This document shows, piece by piece, positions 10,929 to 19,063 of a stretch of DNA of 64,000 nucleotides (its first letter is position 1; every line of letters starts with the position of its first letter). The notes under the pieces were generated by a model. It saw nothing but the letters and a program-made list of their open reading frames with translations. It did not search any database and had not been told where the DNA came from. Where the stretch lies: assembly GCA_003707115.1 (NCBI GenBank), contig PPNB01000002.1, forward strand, positions 558,001-622,000. The letters are read 5' to 3'. This DNA is from Tortispora ganteri (taxonomy: Eukaryota). The translations under genes were made by a program, and so were the position numbers.

Positions 10929-11066
10929 GATACGCTACAAAACTTCCGTACCACGTTAAGATTTAAGTATCAAAAAAATATAGACAAATATAAAAGCAAA
11001 CTATGCCGATAAAACACGTGATTTAACCTGTCAGCGGAAAAGTCAACCTTTTTGATTCAAGGTGTA

Positions 11067-11116
11067 GTGGGAAGCAGGTTCGATGGGGTGGGTGGGAAGT
11101 AGGTTCGATGGGGTGG
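11067..11116. repeat. 25-bp tandem repeat x2, G-rich (GTGGGAAG[C/T]AGGTTCGATGGGGTGG)
   Basis: Copies at 11067-11091 and 11092-11116 differ at one base. Confidence 0.9.
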
Positions 11117-11311
11117 GTTGGCCTGGCTGTTGGGACCTATACAGGTAATTAAGTAAAACGGTTGCTATGTGAATTGTATATACGATTATAATACTGAATA
11201 TATCATTGATTTACTCTTTCTATGTCTTTTCTAATTATCTTGTATAAATTCTACTTAGCTTATTGGTAATATTTAGGTAAATACTAACTACAATTCAAAT
11301 TGAAATGCAGA

Positions 11312-13660
11312 TTAGTAGGTAATAGTGGCTGAGACATCAGACTTGCCAATTATTGTGGAGGTTGCTGAACCTGCAATTTTGATGCGCCAATCAGATTTCA
11401 TTGTTCCATCAACTTTGACAGAGATATTGCGACCTTTTGGTGACAGAATGATTGTCGCAGCAATCTCGCCGAGCTTTTCCTGGTGTGGAATTACAACAGT
11501 CATATCTGTAGTGCTGTCTTGTGCAGGGTTGACAAGCACAGTGAGACCGTCAGTCCAGTCATAGTCTCGCTTGGTTTGGCCAATAGCGATCGCCGTGCCT
11601 GGACGAAGTAATAAAGGGATTGAGAAGTAGTTGTGAGTCTCGCTGATGTAACCGGGACCTATACGGAACTTTTCATCTAGTATGCCGTACCATTTACCCT
11701 CAGGGACGTAGTATTGCACATCACCTTCGTTGTTGAATATAGGTGCTACTAGCAAACGATCGCCAAGCATGTATTGAGTATCAAGGTTCCAGCATGCGGG
11801 ATCTTTATCGAATTCCAGGAACATTCCACGCAAGATTGGGGTTCCGTGTGAATGCGCGACAAGAGCCTGACTATAAATGTACGATCGTAACGTGTGCTTG
11901 TTGTCGACAAAGTATTTTAAGACTTTGTCGGCCTCACCCGTGTTATCGATAAGCCATGGAGCGCGGAATGACCCGGATCCATGCAGACGAGAGTGTGACG
12001 ATAATAGTCCGAACGCGATCCAGCGCTTGTAGAGTCCCGGGTCAGGATTACCTTCGAATCCACCTATATCGTGTGCCCAATAACCGAAACCGGTCAAACC
12101 AAGACTAATACCGCCGCGCAGCTGCTCAGACATTGCCTCATATGTCGAGAAAGGGTCACCACCCCAATGAACAGGGAATCGTTGAACGCCGGCAGTAGCG
12201 GATCTTGCAAAAACAGCCGCATGATTCTTGCCGTACTTCTTTAGTAGAACTTCAAAAACAACTTTGTTGTATAGAAATGGATAATAGTTGTGCATACGCG
12301 CTGGATCCGAGCCATCATGATACACAACATTGCCAACAGGGATACGTTCACCAAAATCAGTCTTGAATGAATCTACGCCGATATCGCAAAGAGCTTCGAG
12401 TTTCGATTGATACCATGCAACAGCTTCAGGATTAGTAAAATCGACAAATCCCATACCAGCTTGCCAGAAATCATACTGCCAAACACCGCCATCAGGGGTC
12501 TTAAGGAAGTACCCATTCTTTGCACCTTCATCGAACAATTTACTTTCTTGAGCGATATAGGAGTTAATCCAGACACAGATATGTTTGCCACGTTGTTTAA
12601 GACGTGCTAGTTGTGCCTTTGCATCAGGGAAGAATTCAGCATCAAATTCAAAGTCACACCATTGGAAACCTTTCATCCAGAAACAGTCATAGTGGAAAAC
12701 GTCAAAATCGATTTCACGGTCGTGAAGGCCATCAATAAAAGAGTTGACAGTGTTTTCATCATAATTTGTGGTGAAAGATGTGGACATCCATAAACCAAGT
12801 GTCCAAATTGGAGGTAATGCAGGCCGACCTGTCAAAATAGTATAGCGGTCGATGATTTCCTTTGGTGATGGCCCATACACTATATACGCGTCAAGTTCTT
12901 CACCAGGGATAGCAATATTGACACGTGCAGTTCTTTCACTTTGAAATTCATATGACAAACGAGCTGAAGAATTAATAAATACTCCGTATCCACGGTTAGA
13001 AATATAAAAAGGAACATTTTTATAGGAAATATCTGAACCTGTTCCACCATCTTCGTTAAACAGATCAATTGATTGACCGTTACGGATAAGCGGGCCAAAT
13101 TTCTCGCCCAGTCCATAGATTTTTTCACCTACACTCAACTGGAACTGATAAGTAGTATACCGAGATCCTTTTAATGGATCAGTGTACTGCGCTTGTGGGT
13201 TTGTAGCGTTTGTGTTGTCTTTAATATAGCCAAACGAACGCCAGCCCAATTTAGTTAGAAGTTTGCCTTCGCCTTTGATCTCAAGACTGTACGATTTTTG
13301 TGCGGTATTAATATCAACAGCGAGAGGACCTGCATTCATATGTAGACCATTTTCGGATTTTGATGTAGAGATCTTATTATTTTGTGGTTGTTCATCAGGG
13401 AACAGCTCAAAGAAAGGACCTTTACGTGAATTTGCCTGCGCTTTCCAATGATAACCAAATAACCGTAAAGTATTATCAGCAGGTGAACTGACTTCCATAG
13501 TCAATGTCGGATTGTTCAAAGTATCACCTCTAAAATTAATAGGTTTAGAACAACTCATGGCATACAACGAATCCTCGCGAGCTTCGCCCTTAAACACTTC
13601 GGTCGCCCAATCGATAACGACACCTACTCTTGTATGCCAGCATCCATCAGTGAATTTCAT
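11312..13660 (-). CDS. GH31 alpha-xylosidase, YicI/AgdD type, intracellular
   Basis: MKFTDG.W start, YGLGEKF, YKNVPFY, GLWMSTSFTTNYDE, VFHYDCFWM, nucleophile motif FKTDFGERIP, acid/base HWGGD, HDIGGFE, SHSRLHG; no signal peptide. Confidence 0.9.
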   Translation of the reverse strand: MKFTDGCWHTRVGVVIDWATEVFKGEAREDSLYAMSCSKPINFRGDTLNNPTLTMEVSSPADNTLRLFGYHWKAQANSRKGPFFELFPDEQPQNNKISTSKSENGLHMNAGPLAVDINTAQKSYSLEIKGEGKLLTKLGWRSFGYIKDNTNATNPQAQYTDPLKGSRYTTYQFQLSVGEKIYGLGEKFGPLIRNGQSIDLFNEDGGTGSDISYKNVPFYISNRGYGVFINSSARLSYEFQSERTARVNIAIPGEELDAYIVYGPSPKEIIDRYTILTGRPALPPIWTLGLWMSTSFTTNYDENTVNSFIDGLHDREIDFDVFHYDCFWMKGFQWCDFEFDAEFFPDAKAQLARLKQRGKHICVWINSYIAQESKLFDEGAKNGYFLKTPDGGVWQYDFWQAGMGFVDFTNPEAVAWYQSKLEALCDIGVDSFKTDFGERIPVGNVVYHDGSDPARMHNYYPFLYNKVVFEVLLKKYGKNHAAVFARSATAGVQRFPVHWGGDPFSTYEAMSEQLRGGISLGLTGFGYWAHDIGGFEGNPDPGLYKRWIAFGLLSSHSRLHGSGSFRAPWLIDNTGEADKVLKYFVDNKHTLRSYIYSQALVAHSHGTPILRGMFLEFDKDPACWNLDTQYMLGDRLLVAPIFNNEGDVQYYVPEGKWYGILDEKFRIGPGYISETHNYFSIPLLLRPGTAIAIGQTKRDYDWTDGLTVLVNPAQDSTTDMTVVIPHQEKLGEIAATIILSPKGRNISVKVDGTMKSDWRIKIAGSATSTIIGKSDVSATITY

Positions 13661-13775
13661 ATTTGCAGTTTATTAGTAGAAGATACTGTAAGTATGAGCT
13701 GGATTAATACAAATGTCTATTATATGTATGAGACAGAAGTTAGGAACAATGAGCATTGGAGTTCCCGCTAGTTCA

Positions 13776-14673
13776 GGCTAAAATAGATCTTAAAAGTTTA
13801 TTTAAGTTAAACTTTATTATACTCAGGCAAAAATCTGGGGTAAACCGTTTAGTAGGAAAGTTACTCGGCTCTTAAAAGCTTTAAAGTGCATTAATGAGAG
13901 ATGATTTAGTGAAATGTGAAAGGAGAATAGCACGCGAGAACAGAGATTGGAATTTATAGGTTACTATACTATTTCGTGGGGTTGAAGCGGTTAATATATT
14001 GTATAACATGAGAACGACAATTGAGTTAATGCTTTGATTATTGAACTGTATGAGACTAGATTTTATAATTAATCGTATTAAAATTAAGCTAGTTGTAGGT
14101 AAGAGTCACTCAAAAGATTTCAAAAGATTACTATATATGTAACAGAATGATAAAGATATGTATCTATATGTAGGTATAGTAGGTATAGTAGGTTAGTAGT
14201 TATAAGTATCTATAAGTATCTATAAAACACGTAACTTGTACTATTAATCGTAAGTTCACGGAACTAATCTAATCATCTACACGACGATCGATAATCGGAT
14301 ATTTAGTATAATATCACATGAAGGACGCTTAAATTCATGGAAGAACCCTTCAAAAATCGGATAAATTAAGAAACTCCCAAAACCTGTCAAAAGATTAATA
14401 TACAATTATGATTGGCTGAGAAATAAAGGCTCACCGGTTAAATAAAAAGTTTAATTTCAAAATTATATGAACTATACAATCATCTTTAAACCTTTACACC
14501 ACCAAATTTACCGTGATTAAGACTTCACCGGGTATTTTGAGAATCAGTAAGGCTAAATAACGGGAACTCTCGTTTTCTCATTTAATCATTTTATCCAATA
14601 AAATCAACTTCTCTCTCCGATATCTCCCCTTTTAGACTCATTTGCCCCGGACTCTCCCCACAAAATACCCCAC
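13776..14673. promoter_or_regulatory. Divergent promoter with Mig1/CreA-type SYGGGG boxes and GGCTAAA motifs
   Basis: AAAAATCTGGGG (core 13835-13840), GTGGGG 13976-13981, CCCCAC 14656-14661 and 14668-14673; GGCTAAA at 13776-13782 and 14551-14557. Confidence 0.5.
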
Positions 14674-14835
14674 ATAGAGAATCTTAAATAGCCTGTATAC
14701 ACTGCGCATCTTCTCGGTTATTGGCTCTCCGGTCTTTCTTATTTAAAACTTAAGTTCCGATCTACTTTACACACACCTATATATATAAACTAGGTCGTCT
14801 GCATCTTCCCGCAACACAACAGACTCGATTTAAAA

Positions 14836-16353
14836 ATGTTCAAGTTTATATCGCGAGGAATCAACGGCTATACTTGGGGTATAGCCATATTCGCGTCTGT
14901 AGGCTCTATGCTCTACGGTATCGACTCCGGTATCATATCCACTACCATCGGTCATGATAGCTTCCTCGAATATTTCGATCCCTTCACGCCAAATATCAAG
15001 GGCGCTGTAGTGTCTACCTTCTCTGGCGGTGCCTTTGTTGGTGTCATTTTTGCCGGATGGGCTAACGACTTCCTCGGACGCAAAAAAACAATCTACGTTG
15101 CTGCGTTCATATCGCTTGTCGCAGGCGCAATACAAGCTGGCTCCGTCAATGTCGGTATGCTCATCGCTGGCCGTATTATTGGCGGTTTCGCTGTCGGTAT
15201 CCTCAACTGTATTATACCTATCTATGAGTCAGAGATCTCTCCGCCTGCACACAGAGGCCTCATTTCCGGTCTCCATTCGCAGTTCGTCGGTATCGGTTTT
15301 GCTGTAGCTAACTGGGTCGGTTTCGGTTGTTCATACGCTTCAGGTGATTTCCAGTGGAGATTCCCACTTGCTTTCCAGTGCATTCCCTCTTTGCTAATGC
15401 TTGCAGGTACTTGGGCGCTCCCTGAGTCTCCACGTTGGCTCATCGAAAAAGAACGCGAAGAAGAGGCTTACCGTGTCATCAAGCGACTCCACTCCAACGC
15501 ACTCGATGAGACTCTTTACAAGGCAGAGTTCAACCAAATCCGCGAACAGCTCCGTTTCGAGAAAGCTTCCAATGCCAAATCATGGAAAGAACTCTTCTAC
15601 AAGAAGAGCAACCGCAAACGTCTTATGCTTGCTATGCTGGTCCAGGCTTTCACGCAGTTAACCGGTATAAACGTCATCAACTACTATCAGATCAGCATCT
15701 ACAACTCCCTCGGCATGTACGGCCACATGGCTCAGGCCATGGCAGGTATATATGGTCTCTGTGGACCCGCCGCCAATTTGGTTTGTATATTCTTCGTTGA
15801 CAGATGGGGTAGAAGGATCACATTGATTATTACCTCGTTCTTGCTTGCTATCGACATGTCTATCGTTATGGCTCTTATCGCGACAGTCGTCGATGGCGGC
15901 AACAACAAAGCCGGCCAAGGTTTCACTGTCTTGTTCATCTTCATGTTCTCAGTCATATATTCACTCGGATATAACGCTATCCACTATATTTACGTACCCG
16001 AGATCATGAACCAGGCTGTCCGAAGCCGCGGTACCGCTATCGCTACAGATACCAACGTTGCCATCAATGTTTTGCTCAACCAGGTTTCACCTATCGCTTT
16101 TGCACACGTACAATGGAAGTACTATTCGCTCTTTATCGCCACGAACTTCACTGGCGCTTTGGTTGTTTGGTGGCTGTTCCCTGAAACCAAGGGCAAGACT
16201 CTCGAAGAGATCAACGAGCTATTCGGCGATGAAGTCATGATCACACTCGATGAAGCTGCACAAACAACTTCCGATGAAGATCTCCTGGACGAAAAAGTTG
16301 TTGATGCAGAGCATAAAGAGACTACTATCAAAAAACAGACTCAGCATGCTTGA
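14836..16353 (+). CDS. MFS sugar porter
   Basis: YGIDSGIIS, DFLGRK, GRIIGGFAVG, YESEISPP..RG, WRFP, PESPRWL, QLTGINVINYY, DRWGRR, PETKGKTLEEI. Confidence 0.93.
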   Translation: MFKFISRGINGYTWGIAIFASVGSMLYGIDSGIISTTIGHDSFLEYFDPFTPNIKGAVVSTFSGGAFVGVIFAGWANDFLGRKKTIYVAAFISLVAGAIQAGSVNVGMLIAGRIIGGFAVGILNCIIPIYESEISPPAHRGLISGLHSQFVGIGFAVANWVGFGCSYASGDFQWRFPLAFQCIPSLLMLAGTWALPESPRWLIEKEREEEAYRVIKRLHSNALDETLYKAEFNQIREQLRFEKASNAKSWKELFYKKSNRKRLMLAMLVQAFTQLTGINVINYYQISIYNSLGMYGHMAQAMAGIYGLCGPAANLVCIFFVDRWGRRITLIITSFLLAIDMSIVMALIATVVDGGNNKAGQGFTVLFIFMFSVIYSLGYNAIHYIYVPEIMNQAVRSRGTAIATDTNVAINVLLNQVSPIAFAHVQWKYYSLFIATNFTGALVVWWLFPETKGKTLEEINELFGDEVMITLDEAAQTTSDEDLLDEKVVDAEHKETTIKKQTQHA

Positions 16354-16499
16354 CAAAAAAACACGACGGTTTATTGAACGTATCTAGACGTATCAACAAT
16401 TCACATGGGTTTAATCCACAATAAGAATGGTCCATTTCAGTTAGTTACGTCCACGTACAGAACGTAGACACCCAATAAACATAGTATAAGTACGCACAC

Positions 16500-17819
16500 C
16501 TAATCATCACGGTGTACGTTTAGAGAATCGTTGTGTGAAGTCGACTTTCTAGCGACACCCTCCGATCGGTCTGGCCGTGCTACTGATATCACTGTTCGTC
16601 CGAAAGCAATACCAGGATGCGCTACAGTCAGCACTAGACATGCCAGGAAAAGCATGAGTCCGTCCAGCACAAGGAAGTACCCTTCTTCGACCATGAGATA
16701 ACCCCTCCATCCTCCACCAAGTTCAAATAAGCGATAAACACACCGCGTGAAAATGAACAAAACAGCAACAATAGTGCCTATTATAAAGTACTTGAAGAAT
16801 GGTTTCCTGGTATGTGCCAGCAGTTCCGGATATAGTTTGTATGAGGAAACATCAGTCGTATTTTTTGGTTTTTCTGACATTTCAGAAACCAGTTGATCAG
16901 CAGAACTTTGCGGTTCCTGCTCAGTTTGTTTATCTACAGGATAGTTATCAAGAACTGCTGTATAATAGCCCGCTTTATAGGCCCGCCTTATTCTGAAGTA
17001 CACCAGAAGAGAAACAAGCATAAACAGAACCATTACAGCAACCTGCAAAGCAATACCTGCAATCATGACGTTCGTGCCAGGATCGACGTTTTCATAGTTC
17101 TGTACAGCGACGGCGGCCATTCCGCCGCCCACACCTTGGAGCACGAGACAGCCTATATCGAGGGCAATGAAAACATAAGAGTAGGTAGCCGGTTTAAAAT
17201 GAGAGACAAGATTTTGGCCGTATATGACGACAATTTTTCCTACTATATTGTAAATACCGCCCATCATGAATGCAGGTGCAATTGTGAGGCAGATTATCTG
17301 GACCAGGAACGGATTGATTTGCCACGGGCGATAATGTGACACGAGACGGGCGACGTAACCGGTGGTTTCGAGGGCACAACCAACGACTAGAGCTGTGCCA
17401 AACCACCACTGAAAAAAGTAGCATCCTATAGCGAGATGAATGGCTGTAAGAATGCCGAAAAGAATAGTTCCTGCGAGGTTGGAATCGAAGTCGGGCGTGT
17501 AGTCATAAACTTCGTAATCAGTGTACTGAGAAGCGGCATAATCAAGTAGAGGGTTGATAGCGTTCAAAGTGGATGCTAAAGTGGGATCAATATTGACAAT
17601 AGTATATGCGAGTCCAGGATCGATAGTTGTCATTGTGTATACGGCATTAGGGTCGAATTCGGTCATTGTTGCGAATGCCGGATTTGCAGAAACGATTGCT
17701 CCGGCAAGATCCGACAATTCCGACATTGTAGCCAGTTTCGTATTTGCAGCGGTAAGTTCGCTCATGAGCGGGAACCATGTTGCTACGGCCGTAGCTGAAA
17801 CTACAGAAGTGATACTCAT
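16500..17819 (-). CDS. RTA1/Rsb1-family lipid-translocating exporter
   Basis: Y.Y.P, LETTGYVAR, QIICLTIAPAF..GIY, FIALDI.CLVLQGVGGGMA, G.NVMIAGIALQ, RCVYRLFELGGGW.G.L..E.YF.VLDG, HPG. Confidence 0.9.
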   Translation of the reverse strand: MSITSVVSATAVATWFPLMSELTAANTKLATMSELSDLAGAIVSANPAFATMTEFDPNAVYTMTTIDPGLAYTIVNIDPTLASTLNAINPLLDYAASQYTDYEVYDYTPDFDSNLAGTILFGILTAIHLAIGCYFFQWWFGTALVVGCALETTGYVARLVSHYRPWQINPFLVQIICLTIAPAFMMGGIYNIVGKIVVIYGQNLVSHFKPATYSYVFIALDIGCLVLQGVGGGMAAVAVQNYENVDPGTNVMIAGIALQVAVMVLFMLVSLLVYFRIRRAYKAGYYTAVLDNYPVDKQTEQEPQSSADQLVSEMSEKPKNTTDVSSYKLYPELLAHTRKPFFKYFIIGTIVAVLFIFTRCVYRLFELGGGWRGYLMVEEGYFLVLDGLMLFLACLVLTVAHPGIAFGRTVISVARPDRSEGVARKSTSHNDSLNVHRDD

Positions 17820-19063
17820 TTGTATAGATCGGTAAACCGGGAAGTTTCGCCGTTCTTTTCAAATGGTGTTTATTTGTGCTATTTTTTTTTTCGTAGACCT
17901 AATACGATAATACTTTTCTTTCTTTGATATAAAAAAGAAAAAAGACGAAATATTCGTCTAAAAACCAATGATAAATTAAAAAAAAAAATGGCCTTTTAGT
18001 TTATATACAAATAAGTGTTAATGTGATGTGTTATTCTCGTGTGGGTAATCCAATAAGAAAATCTAATCAAACTTTAAATAAAGTTAGAATAGTTGGCCGC
18101 CATAAACACTATATTGCACTGTTTGTATAACGAATGGACAAAAATGTGCTCTAAGTAAGTAAAGTAATATTTAAAAATATTATTATTAATATGTGTTAAA
18201 ATAGTATACCTCTTTAGTGCATCATTAGTGAACAATTTGTAGTGAAGAATTTACTACCCAATCACATTGCGGCAGAACTGTATCTGTTAAGACTAGCCAA
18301 TAAATTACTCTAGTTAGAAAATAAGGTTTACAGATTATAGATCCACTAATCATTGATCTTTTTTCTGTAATTGCGGCTTAGCATTTAGACTTGTATATTA
18401 CACTTAAATATGTCAGCATTTATTTGAACGAACAAAATGTCAGTTAAGGCTTAGAGGAACCTATACCGGTTTCGGGTACTGTTTTTTCCGGACATCTAAA
18501 CTCTCTTTATGTTAGAGTTTTACATAAGAAACGCCTTCCCTTCATCAAGATGCACCTACAACACACCAACTAAAGGCTACACGTTTATTAAAACAGCGAA
18601 TGATGACTTGTTGTAAAGGATTAAGAAGTATAATACGTTTATAACTGAGAGGTCCACAATTGAGAGCAAATTTGAACAAAAGTGAGTTGTGGGGGGTATA
18701 CGGACGAAGCCTAGACCCAGCTTGTTAGCCCTGTAGATCTATAGTCTTACTGCACATGACTGTCTGATACTGCTTACTTTATTTATATAAGTATTAATGT
18801 ACTTATCACTTTACTGATATGGTACTGAATTATTCAATCGATCTGTCGAAATAGAATAGGTCATTTCGACAATGCACCCCATTGGTTAATAAAGCAGAAT
18901 AAAGTTTGATGAAGCAACTCATCGCTTAAGTCCGCTAATTTCCGTTTCTCCCAGAACCATACCCCTTCTCTGATCCACGTTTTTCCACTTTTTATCCCAT
19001 AAGACATAGATACCGACACAACACCTCTACGACTCTTATTTGTAGTTTTACTACCGGACAAAT

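Noticed and set aside
11067..11116. GGTTCGA suggesting a tRNA gene
   Set aside because: No cloverleaf, A-box or T-stem pairing; kept only as a repeat.
14170..14225. Short tandem repeats GTAGGTATA and TATAAGTATC
   Set aside because: Low-copy slippage repeats in AT-rich spacer; no spacers or element structure.
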